A DNA stretch of 64,000 bases. It comes from Zootoca vivipara (taxonomy: Eukaryota). The notes under the pieces are model-generated. The model did not search any database and was not told where the DNA came from. It saw only the letters and a program-made list of their open reading frames with translations. The first letter of the stretch is position 1, and every line of letters starts with the position of its first letter. The position numbers and the translations under genes were made by a program. The stretch covers positions 30,070,001 to 30,134,000 of the forward strand of contig NC_083280.1 in assembly GCF_963506605.1 (NCBI RefSeq), read 5' to 3'. Positions 28,223-41,130 of this stretch are shown here, in pieces.

Positions 28223-28399
28223 GGTTTACTGGATTTGAAGAGTAGGTTTGATCGCTTCCTTCAAGAATCTTTCAATAACGACAGGCTCTTCAAACAAACC
28301 ATTGCGGGTGACTTTGAGTATTTCCTCAACCTTAACTCTAGGTCTCCAGAGTACCTCTCATTATTTATTGATGACAAGTTAAAAAAAGGAGTCAAGGGA
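28223..28399 (+). CDS. CUL3: Cullin-3 exon 8 ([10 protein letters not shown]...KKGVKG), 177 nt
   Basis: Within ORF 28124..28537; tctaag acceptor (AAG type) / gtaagt. Confidence 0.97.
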
Positions 28400-29130
28400 G
28401 TAAGTATATTTTCAGTTACAACTATGCAAATTTGTGTCAAAACAGCAACATATATTTATGCAAACTTCTGTTCTCTTACTGTCCTGAAAGTGTACTGTTT
28501 TAACTTTCAAAATGCAATAAGCAGTGCAGTTGAGTGAACAAATTATATGTGCTTGTCAAAATCTTTTGCAGCTGCATGAACTACATATATGTTTAACAAG
28601 AGAGAGAACTGAATAATTCTTGATTGACTTAACCACTGTTAGTCGTAGTTGTTTTTAGAATGATAATGCTGATAATTAGTGACATTTAAAAATGACCTAG
28701 TATGTTAAAATGAAAATGTTACTGGTGGCAGTGTCAGAAGTACTAATGTATGTGTTCTGGTCTTGCACAGCAATACATCTTCAGTTTACAGTATGATGCC
28801 TTCAAGTTCTTTGTAGCTTAGCATGCTGACCATGTAATCAGATTGCTGCCCCCCCCCCCCCGCCCCAGCAAAATATGTTCCCATTTAGTACTTGAACTTT
28901 TGTCCCCTAACAAGTTACTGTTGCACCAAAAACTTGAAGCCCATGCCTTCGCACATTATTTTCGTGAAGTGTGAAGCCTGAGAAGGCTGTGGCTGCCATG
29001 CTACACGCCAACTGAGCAGAGCAGGATTTATTTCTGAGTAAAAATGCATTGATTGTGCTATCAGTGTTTCTGAATCATAGGATTTTGTGGGCACGATCTC
29101 TAGCGATGGAGATTGGTAGCATTTGGTTGA

Positions 29131-29403
<273 letters not shown>

Positions 29404-30268
29404 TAATTTTAGCTAATGTGGGATCATTGCAGTATGCTATCTAAATACTAAAGGTAGGGCAATAAAAATATTTCATTGCCAGCAAAAGTTGTTTGATAGG
29501 TTTATTCATACTGTTTTTAAAACTTGGAACTGCAGTCGATTTCCTGCCAGAAAGCTTGAAAAGCAGGGAGGAGTTGAAGAGGGTAGAATAAAGCAGGTAA
29601 TGTCAATTTTCCCTGTTCACAGATTTTCTGGAACCCCTGCTGCATGGCAAAAGGCTCCTTCCCATTCTCCATCTAAGCTATAGTCCTCTTCCTTATTTAT
29701 ACAACAAAGTGAATACTTACCTGCTATTCCTTCTTGGAGAAGGATTGAAAAACACCCCACCCTAACCTTCCAATCCATCTTTTCCTCTTCTTTACCCTGC
29801 TAAAAAAAACACTTCATATAATGTGCTTCTTTAGATAGTACAGCTGGAACTAAACTGGGATTTTAAGAATGCACATGGGAATAAATTTCTAATTTTTAAA
29901 TTTGAAATAATTTATATCCTGCTTTTCCTCTTAAGACATACACAAATAGAAAAACAGGGGTTCAAGCCAGTATACAAAGACATGTGACTTTGTATGCTGA
30001 CCTGAACCCCTGTTTTTTTCTATTTGTGTATGTTCCTATACAGTGGGTTCCTTATTTTTGTAAAACAATAGGAGATAGCATGTCATTCAGAATACCTTGG
30101 AAGGCTTTAAAGCCTGATTCAAAAGTTTTAACTTTCCTCCTAAACATAAAGAATAAGGAAGACATATTTTGTTGTATTTTTAAAAAGATTGGGACAGCAG
30201 ATTCTTTTGTTCATTTACAGAACAACTTTTGATCTCCCCAAACTGGTGTAGTAGTGGTGGTGGTGGTG

Positions 30269-30301
<33 letters not shown>

Positions 30302-30548
30302 TGTACCCTGCCCATCAACCATTAAAATCATGGCATACTTTTGCATTAATAGCACAACATTTTGTGGTAAACATTTTGGGATGTTTTCTACTGTTGGAAC
30401 TGATGTTTGGAATCAAGCAGAATGTGTTATGCTTTTTCATAACTTTAACAAGTTCAAACATATTCTGTATATTTTGTAATGTTCTGGTTCCAAGTATATA
30501 TGATGGCATATATAATTTTAAAAGAATTGTTCTCTTCTTTTTTTATAG

Positions 30549-30665
<117 letters not shown>

Positions 30666-31377
30666 TAACTGCTGGCTTGAGCTGAACACTAATTTCAGTT
30701 ATTCTAACAAAGTTTTTGAGTGAAATGCCTTTCTGAATAAAATACTGCTTTTTATTTAATTATTTTTAAATTATTTTAGAATAATGGGTTATCTTTTTGC
30801 AAGCTAGCAGCCAAAGCAGTTTAACAATTAAAGAAAATCAGTAAAGTATTCAGCACTGTAAAATACAAAGCAGCAGCAAGATAAAACAGCAACATGTGAA
30901 CTCAAATAAAGAGAGCAGCCAGTAAATAAGTTCGTATTTTTTCTGCCAGAAAACTAACTCTGCTACCCAAAAAACTGCTGAATCTTAAATAGGTCAACTA
31001 CTGAAAGCCCAGAAAAATATTACAGTCTTTGTTGGGTTCCTAAAATATGCAATAAAGGTTGCAGGTGGGTCTTCTTGGGAAATGTGTTCCAAAATTGGAG
31101 TGCAACCAGAAAAAATGTCATCTTCCTGGGATCACCTTGCGCAGGCAGAGGTGACAAGAGAATGGCTTCCAGGTTATAGTAGTTGGCTATATTCACAGGG
31201 CAGCAAGCAATCTTTCTGATAACCAGAGTATTAGGACAGGAGTGGGGAACTATTTTTCTATTAAGGGCTGTTGACCTACAAAAAAAAGTCTATGGTGGAG
31301 CACATACCAGAGTGAATTCTTGTACAATTGCTAGGTGGGTTGTTTTACAGGTTCTTAATTATACAGTATTATACACT

Positions 31378-31379
<2 letters not shown>

Positions 31380-31427
<48 letters not shown>

Positions 31428-32006
31428 CAAGGGCGTACCCACCATGGGGCAAGTTAGGGCAGCTGCCCTACTCTAGAAGCAGGGCTGGTGGGCAGAGGCG
31501 GAGCACAGCCCGGCGGAGCGCGAGTTCGCCATTCCCGCCGCGCCGCACCGCACCCTCCCTCCAGCTCCCCGGCGCGCCCTCAGGCAAGGCCAAGCGCGGT
31601 GGGGAACCAGGGAGCGCGGCGCGGTGGGCGGGAACGCCGAACTCGCGCTCCGCTGGGCTCCGCCTCCGCCCACCAGCCCTGCTGCTAGGGAGGGGCACAG
31701 CCCGGCGGAGCGCGAGTTCGCCGTTCCCGCCCGCCGCGCTGCGCCCTCCCTCCAGCTCCCCGTCGCGCCCTCTGGCAAGGCCAAGCGCGGCGGGGAACCA
31801 GAGAGTGCGGCGCGGCGGGCGGGAACGCTGAACTCGCGCTCCGCTGGGCTGGGCTCCGCCTCCGCCCACCAGCCCTGCTTCTAGGGAGGGGCACAGCCCG
31901 GCGGAGCGCGAGTTCGCCGTTCCCGCCCACTTTGTGGCCCCTCCCCTTCCGTGCCTTGGCCCCTCCCCTTGCCCCCCCCCTAGTTTTGATCCTGGGTACG
32001 CCCATG

Positions 32007-32051
<45 letters not shown>

Positions 32052-32052
32052 T
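31380..32052. repeat. (GATA)n microsatellite split by an insertion
   Basis: About 12 GATA units on each side of 31428-32006. Confidence 0.95.
31428..32006. mobile_element. Extremely GC/CpG-rich TIR element (hAT-like) with internal ~196-bp repeats
   Basis: TIR ca(a/t)gggcgtaccca; flanked by gatagata; motif cggagcgcgagttcgccgttcccgcc repeated in alternating orientation. Confidence 0.8.
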
Positions 32053-32159
32053 ACTGCCTAGGAAGATGGTTCTGGGATATTACCCTCTTGAGAAGCTCTG
32101 GCTACTCAGGTTGGGATCCATTGCTTAACAGGAACAGTATAACCATCCCTGCAGAGAGA

Positions 32160-32344
32160 AGCAGGTAAAAGCTGTTTGACACTGGAACAAATTCCCTCGA
32201 GAGATTGTGGACTCTCCTTCCTTGGAGGTTTTTCAGCAGAGGTTGGATGGCCATATGTCCTGGATGCTTTAATTGAGATTCCTGCATTGCAAGGGGTTAA
32301 ACTAGATGACTCTCGGGGTCCCTTACAACTCTACAATTCTATGA
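32160..32344 (+). mobile_element. CR1 LINE 3' fragment
   Basis: gactctccttccttggaggttttt...caattctatga tail. Confidence 0.8.
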
Positions 32345-33459
32345 GGACACCTGCTCCTTTCAAGGAATGGATGAATGGAGATAGATATTTCCAACATTTC
32401 ATAAAGTAGGTGACACCAGTCACTGGGCTCTGTGTGAGCAGCTTTTTCCAGGTAAAAACTGGGTTAGCATGTTTACTCTGAAGTAACTCCTCCCAAATAT
32501 TGCTAGCGGGTGGGAGTGTCTTCTCTTTCATGCTATTCTCAGCACAGAGCAGCAGTGCTACCCATTACCTCGGTGGTAAAGAGTCCTTAGAAATGTTGGG
32601 TGGCTGATGAAATTAAGTAGGGGGCTGTAGGTTTCCTGCTTTTAGTTTAGGGCTTGGAAGGTTAAAACCAACACATTGAGCTGTATCTAGAAACAAACTA
32701 GGAATCACTGGAGTTAAGAAGTTGTGCAATATTCTCAGAGTGCCAAGCTCCTGTCAGCAGCATTACTGCTGTCTTCCAAACCAGCCGAAGTTTCTAATCA
32801 CTTTTCATAGGCAACCCCAAATATAACACAGTATTTGATTCAAAAGTCACACACTTCTGTAGGAAAAAATATATCCAAACTTCCAGTCAGGACTCCACTA
32901 CCACTTCCTGAGGCAATGAATTAATCCTTGGTGTCTTTGCACCTTGTTCTGCCTGCAATAAAGTCTCCTTGGGAAATGAGTACATTCTGTAAATAAATTC
33001 TTACTCTGTCTAAATCCTCTTTATTCCAATTACAGGCAATTAGAAGAATATTCCTCATTACCTCCCTGGTTTGGGAGTGAGTCATTTTGTGTCCCTGCTG
33101 TTTTTCTTGGATGTAGTGGCCATTTCTCAGGTTTCCTCTGGGGAATTGTAGATCTCCTTGGGCTCTTTCAACAAGCACAGAAAGTACCATCAAAAATTGG
33201 ATGCCCATTTAAATAATTTCATCATTCTTTTGAGGGCCTGCAATTGGAACACAACTTAAATTATTTAGCAAATCAGATAGAACAACAATTTTATATTGTT
33301 CCTGGGTAATTACCCAGCATTTATTAAAATCATTGTATACTTTTGCATTTATAAACTGACATGGATTCGGATTTCAGTGTAGACAGAGTTATGAAAGTAT
33401 ATGAACTGGCTTTACCTTGATTTTTTGTTTCATCAGCATATCATTTTGTATTCAGTTTA

Positions 33460-33700
33460 CAGTGGTACCTCCGTTTACGACCACAATTTGTTCCGGGGAG
33501 CCAGTTGCTCCCCGAGCAGGTCATAAATAGAGCGTTTCTGTGCATGCACGAACTGCGCAGATCACTTCTGCGCATCCGCCGCTGCGCATATCGCTTCTGC
33601 ATATCCATGCGCGGAACCCGGATGTAAGCACTTCCGGGTCCGCGGCGGTCGTAAAACGATCAATCGCAAACCGCAGCGATCGTAAACCGAGGTATGTCTA
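33460..33700. mobile_element. Tigger/pogo-like MITE
   Basis: ta|cagtggtacctccgtttacga ... tcgtaaaccgaggta; TA flanks. Confidence 0.75.
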
Positions 33701-34726
33701 TACTGACTTTAAATACATATGTGAATAGAATTGAACTGATTTTGTGTTGGTTCTTTGCTTTGTGTATGCAATTTTGGATCATTGTCCCCCCCCCCCCCCG
33801 TTTGTTCTCTAGTAATTAGACACGACTGGTTTCCCTCCTGCCACTTGCTCCCCAAGGGAAGCAGCAGCAGAGAGAGAGCTGTGCTGGGCATTATTACGAC
33901 AAGCTGCATATATAACTCTTTAGTTCTCTTTTGTATTAAGGGCAGAGACCTGTACTTGGGCCTAAAAAGTTATTTGTCCATTTGTTCTGAATTCCACAAG
34001 AAAAGTCAATATTTGTAGCATTGCACTGTGGAAATTATAATATTTGTGAGGCAGTAAATTGATGGCCAGTTAGAGCCCTTTCTAGAATATATGCTACTTT
34101 TTGATTGAAGAAACATTTTGAATCTTAAAAACAAAATCTGTTAACTGAACTGCTTCACCAGCAGGTGGCACACACCTGCTTTTTGTTATTAAAAATAATG
34201 AAATATAATAAAACTTCTGGCAGTATTTTCATGAGTACTATGACCTTTTGTAGTTCGTGCATTAAAAAAAATAAAAGCATCTGTGTCATCAGAGTTTAAT
34301 TTTCAGAACTCTGTAACAGCTTAGCTCATTGGATCAAACTGACATTTTAAGCAATCTGCCCATTGATAACATCATTTAAAAGGCTGTTTGGTTAAAGGCC
34401 AAAATAAATCACCTGTAGAATCGGGCTAATAGCTGAGAGGGCATATTTAAATTGGGGAAATGGTGCAAGGAAAGGGTTGAATCTCCCCCTCCCTCCAACC
34501 TCTGGATCATATTGCAGTTGTCGTCCCCCCCCCCCTCCACTCCCATAGCATTTCTAAACAAATTAGAAATTGCTTACATCTCCCATCTTTCAATTTCTCA
34601 TCTACATAGGCTTTCAAATTATAATTTTGTAGCATGTCAAAACAAATACTGGAATTATAATTAGATCAGAATATTGACTGTTAAGCCTAAGCTTGTTTAT
34701 ATTAACAAAAGTATTAAGAATATGAA

Positions 34727-35093
34727 GGGATGCGGGTGGCGCTGTGGTCTAAACCGCAGAGCCTAGGGCTTGCCGATCAGAAGGTTGGTGGTTCGAATCC
34801 CCGCAACGGGGTGAGCTCCCGTTGTTTGGTCCCTGCTCCTGCCAACTTAGCATTTCGAAAGCACGTCGAAGTGCAAGTAGATAAATAGGTACCACTCCGG
34901 CGGGAAGGTAAACGGCGTTTCTGTGCACTGCTCTGGTTCACCAGAAGCGGCTTAGTCATGCTGGCCACATGACCTGGAAGCTGTCTGCGGACAAACGCCG
35001 GCTCCCTCGGCTTATAGCGAAAGATGAGCGCCGCAACCCCAGAGTCATCCACAACTGGACCTAATGGTCAGGGGTACCTTTACCTTTACCTTT
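34727..35093 (+). mobile_element. Sauria SINE, full length
   Basis: tRNA-like head with ggttcgaatcc B box, (ACCTTT)n tail, TSD tattaagaata (34712-34722 / 35094-35104). Confidence 0.92.
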
Positions 35094-35563
35094 TATTAAG
35101 AATACAAAGAGCCCTGCTGGAGCAAACCAAGGACGCAACTGCTTCCAATAGAACCCCCCCCCCCTCGATGCTCCCAAGGGGCCCTCAAGCATGAAGGTAT
35201 TAGGCTTCCTCTATTTTTTGTCCTCAGCTTCTTGAACTCAAAGCTATGCAGCCTCAATATGGGGGCCTCTGAATATGTTTAACTATCCTGGCATATGAAA
35301 CAACTAACAATTAATTTCAATAACTATTTAAAGAATATTTAATTTCAGTAACATGCCAAATATTAAGCAATTGTCAGATGATCAAAGCACCGGCAGAATG
35401 AGTGCACAGATAGATGTAAACAATAAATAAGTCTTCAAAAGTGGTAGCAGTAATATGAAACAGAGAAAGTGCTGACACTCTCCTCCCACCAGAAAACCTC
35501 TCTATTATCTCCATGTGTCTGGGTTGCCCTTCTATGCCCTTCTGCATTTCATAGAAAGTGTAA

Positions 35564-35899
<336 letters not shown>

Positions 35900-36157
35900 T
35901 AAGGAATGGTTAAGATTATTTGTGTGAATGGTTAGTGGAATGTGTGGTGTGTGTTTTTTTTAAAGAAAAAAGATACAGCTAATGGCCAGATAATCTGCAT
36001 GCATTAAATCCTTCTTTATATGCATGCAGTTGAAGCGTGCTTGCCATGTTATCAGTCACAAAATAGTAAACTTCTATATTGATATAGAAGAAGCTCTTGC
36101 TTCCATAGTTAAAAGTATAGATGATCAAATGGCCATTCAACTTCTTGAATTTTGTAG

Positions 36158-36254
36158 ATTTTATTTAGCCAAACATAGTGGAAGGCAGCTGACACTCCAG
36201 CATCACATGGGCTCTGCAGATCTCAATGCCACCTTCTATGGTCCTGTTAAAAAG
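36158..36254 (+). CDS. CUL3: Cullin-3 exon 12 ([11 protein letters not shown]...GPVKK), 97 nt
   Basis: Within ORF 36024..36290; ttgtag / gtaagt. Confidence 0.97.
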
Positions 36255-36940
36255 GTAAGTGCTGTGTCTGTAAACATATTATTGCTTTGAGTTGTGCCTC
36301 CAGCTATTGTGAACTTAGAAATAAAATTCAGTTCCACATACATTTCAGTCTTTCATATATAAGCTCATGTTAACAATACTTACCACTTTTAATATATATA
36401 TATTCAGGGTGGGTGGGTGGGTGCGTGTACACACACACACACACACAGTCTAGCACTGCAAATTTCCGAGAACAGCACACTGAAAATATATATATATTAA
36501 GCTTTCTGGCAGGCTTCCTTTGCTTCTGGCTCTCAGTGGAACTATAGTTCACTTTGAGAAGCTGTGGGGTATCAGAAGCTGTGGTTGTCATAATGTGTAA
36601 AGTTTGACATTAAAAAACTTATCCAATTTACGTATGTTGAGAAACTGCACAATCTTGACTCAGTTTTGTGAAAGCCTATTTGTCAGATGTTATGATGACT
36701 TGGATCTTCCGCTGGCTTATTACAAAGCAAACAGCTCTATAAGCTGTTTTGCTTTTTAATGGCAAAACTGATTATATAAACTCTGGGATAAAATGGAATA
36801 AGTATCTCAAAATAAAAATCTTTGTTTTGTATTTACAAGCAGATGAGTCAGATCATGACTTATACCTTATAGTAAGTACATAGAAAGCTGAAAGAAGGAG
36901 CATAACATAATGTTCCCAGAATGATTTTTGACTTTTTTGA

Positions 36941-37090
<150 letters not shown>

Positions 37091-38147
37091 TGAGCTGTGA
37101 CTTTCTCTGCTAGCTGTAAATTTTTTTAACTTATCTTCCAAACATGCATTCATCTTCCTCTACTGTATGGAGAAGAGGGATTATTCATCCCTTTGAGCCA
37201 TTTGTACAGGAAGTTCTTGAACTATTGGTATATGAGGCTGCTAACACTTTAGAGTATTTTGGAATCTTATTGGTCCTCATCCAGGAATACCTTCACTTGT
37301 TAGTGAAAGTCTGAGATTGGATCATTCATTATATACTTATATACTTAAATACTTCTTGGGTTCAGCTCTAAAAATAATTTATATGTTTCAAAGCCCTTTG
37401 ATTCAAGGAAGATTTTAAAATTCCTTTGAATTGTGTTGGGTGAAATTCAAGTGTTGTAAGCCCAAACAAATATATTTATTTACAGTATTTACTGATAGTA
37501 ACCACATCTTTTTCATGGTGTGTATTTTTCCTAATGGATACTCATTTTTTTTACATGCCATGTAATGATGTGGAAAACAAATCCTTAGTTGCCATCTTGC
37601 CATCTTGTGTGTGTGTGACAGTAGTACTTAAGTGAAAGTACTCTTTAAGTGTCACCACACAAGGTGAATTGATACATTGTGAAATTAAACAAAATCAAGC
37701 AGCCTGAATGTTAACAGTTTGTGGACAGGAAGTCTAGTTGCTACTTCCCCTTAAAACTATATTTAAATCAAAGGAAGTGCAATCCTGTAATCAAGCAATT
37801 ACCATTATTTTCTAGTTTGATGTTTTAATATATTTTGTAAAAAATCTTGTTCTTATATAGACACTAATTGCTGAGCACCATGTTCAAGTGACAAGAGTAT
37901 TTCCTGGACGGGAACGCTTAAGTCTGCAGGTGCAGGAATTGCATTTTTGAATGCTCCCCCCACATTTAAAAAGAAAAATCCTTACATGTAGAAAATGAGG
38001 GGATCTGGGAAGGGTTTCTAGCAGCCTTCTTTCAGTGCTTCTTTATAATAAGGAAGCATTTTACAAGGAACTCTCTACTTCCTACCTCCTACCTGGAGTC
38101 TGAAGTGGTATAGTTCAGAGGGACTCTTCAGCACACCTGTGCCAAGA

Positions 38148-38345
38148 GGGAAAGGCCATGGCTCAGTGGTAGAACACATTCCTGTAATGCAAAATGTCCC
38201 AGGTTCAATCCCCAGTATCTCCAGGTAGGGTTGGGAGTGACCTTTGTCCTGAACCATAGAGAGCCGCTGTCAGTTAGAATAGACAGTACTAAGCTAGATG
38301 GACCACTAGTTTCACTTGGTATATGTAAAAGTTCCTATGTTCCTA
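38148..38345 (+). mobile_element. tRNA-derived SINE (second family); related copies at about 59121-59320 (+) and 18365-18535 (-)
   Basis: A box tggctcagtgg, B box ggttcaatccc, tail ttcctatgttccta. Confidence 0.75.
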
Positions 38346-38695
38346 AATGCTGAACATATAGATCATCCAACTCCTCTACAGATTTGTGAACAAGGTGTCC
38401 TGTGCTACAGTAACTTGCACAGTTGAAGTTTATATAGATTACTGTATCAAGTGATAAAATTTAAGTGCTGAAACACACTGCTGTCAACTTATACAGTCTA
38501 GAGTAACTTTCACTTTTTCTCTAAATAGCCTTTTCAGCTATGAATTATATATAGATTTACTGCCAGATGTTTTCTGAATTTGTCAAAATAACCATTGATA
38601 GTCTTGAACTAGTTTGATTAGAGGGGGGAGACATCTTCAAAACTGTTTTTGAAGAATTTTGTTTTCTTCATAACTACCTTTTGCCACAATAAGAG

Positions 38696-38735
38696 TAATA
38701 ATAATTTTATTATTTATACCCCACCCATCTGGCTG
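38696..38735 (-). mobile_element. 40-bp L2 LINE 3'-end fragment
   Basis: taataataattttattatttataccccacccatctggctg matches the LINE ends at about 8465-8505 and 59455-59495. Confidence 0.8.
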
Positions 38736-38750
38736 TTAAATTTAATATAG

Positions 38751-39032
<282 letters not shown>

Positions 39033-40105
39033 TGATCACCCATTCTTAGGGGTGCCTTCAAGGTATATTCTTGAACCAATGCTTGCCTCAGTGCAAGCTG
39101 GATAAGATTCTGTTATGTATCTTCTATTTGTGATCATTTCATTTCATGTACTGTGGATAATATAAATATTCATAAAGCCATGGCCTTATAATTCCAGGTG
39201 GGTGTTTAACTTAATAAACCAGGCATATATTTTGTGAGCCCTGCTGTATCAGGCAAAAGACCCATCTGGTCCAGCATCCTATTTTTACAATAGCCAACCA
39301 GATGCCTATAGGAAGACTGCAAACAGGACCTGAATGCAACAGCACTCTCTCTGCTTGTAATTCCCAGCAACTGGTATTCCAAGGCATACTGCCTCCGACA
39401 GTGGAGGGAGAACATAAACCATCATAGCTAATAATCCTTGGTAGCCTTATCCTTTCTTTTTGACTAGTATATTGTTAAATTGATTACCAGTGATACACAG
39501 GATACCGATACAAAATGAAAATGGAGATGGATCCAAATTGGAAGGGAAATGGAAGCCTAAAATGAAGTAGGATAAGGTCCACTGACAGCAGCTACAGATG
39601 TAGGGATATGCAGATAGAAAAAGCATGTTATGACAGAAAATGCTGCTCTTTTAGACTTTGTGAACTACTTATGCTAGGAAAGCTTCATGATTATAGCAAA
39701 TGCAAAGACTCAGTTCTCTTACTATCTCAGTAGAAACTGGCACTTCAACAAAGCAAGCTAAACTAGCCCCAAAGGTTGTATTATATAACTTATTTCCATG
39801 TGTGACTGAATATATGAAACCCAGTGTTATCCAGAATTGCAGTTTAACAAATGTGAAGGAACCTTTTAAATGCATTCAGTTGTGGTCTAAAAATATCAAA
39901 TCCCTCAGGAAGCATTTGACCTGTTTTAAAACTTGTTGCTTTAACGGATAATCATTTCTTAATCTTAAATATGTTCCATTTTTGCACTTTGGTTGGTTGT
40001 CCTTTTGCATCATATTCTGTTTCAAGTATTTATTGACACTGCTAAAGAAAAATACTTTGACTTTAGTATCTTTAGAATTAAATAGCTACAGTATTTCTAA
40101 ATTGA

Positions 40106-40297
<192 letters not shown>

Positions 40298-40537
40298 TAG
40301 TCAAGGGTGGATGTGGCCCGCAGACCAAAAGGGTTAGCCACCTCTGCTTTAGAGCAGTGTCAACTGTGTAATAAAAATAAATTGCTGCTGAACTCTTGAG
40401 GCTACTAACTACATCTTTTGGTACAAATGATTGGTTGCTTTATAGAATGTTGATTAATATGCAGTGGCCTTTTGTGAAACACAGCTAACTGAGGTGGCAC
40501 AAGTTCCCTCTTGATTTAAAGTCAGTGTTAAGTCTAG

Positions 40538-40732
<195 letters not shown>

Positions 40733-41018
40733 AATGTGTTCCGCAAATATGATTTATTCTTGGACTATACTCTTCGCATGAACTGGGAAGTTCTTTTAAA
40801 TCATTAAATATTAAGACGACCATCTCTTCTATTAAATTACAATACATGTTCTAGATCATTCAGATCAAGCCTTTTCTCCTTCGGAGAGTTTTTCAACATC
40901 AAAATGATTGAGCTTCAAGCTTCTCAGCGTTTATCCCAGTAGAAATCATCCTTACAGTTCCTCGGGAAAATGTGAATGTGCCGCGTTTTGTTTTCAATAC
41001 TGTATGAAAACAGGAAAA

Positions 41019-41130
41019 AATAAAATAAAAACAAATTTAGAAAATACAGCTCATTAAAAAATAAAATTGTTGGAATTTCATTTCCCCGGATCTTCAGTGT
41101 TGATGTAAATGTGTTTTCTGTAGTGTTGCT
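41019..41130 (+). terminator. CUL3 proximal polyadenylation signal cluster
   Basis: AATAAA at 41019, 41024 and 41060 and ATTAAA at 41053, followed by a GU/U-rich tract at about 41098-41130. Confidence 0.7.

Noticed and set aside
31468-32005. Overlapping Arg/Gly/Ala-rich ORFs
   Set aside because: Artefact of the GC-rich internally repeated element
38148-38225. tRNA-like sequence (also about 59125-59195 and the Sauria SINE heads)
   Set aside because: Degenerate cloverleaf continuing into a SINE body and tail; not tRNA genes
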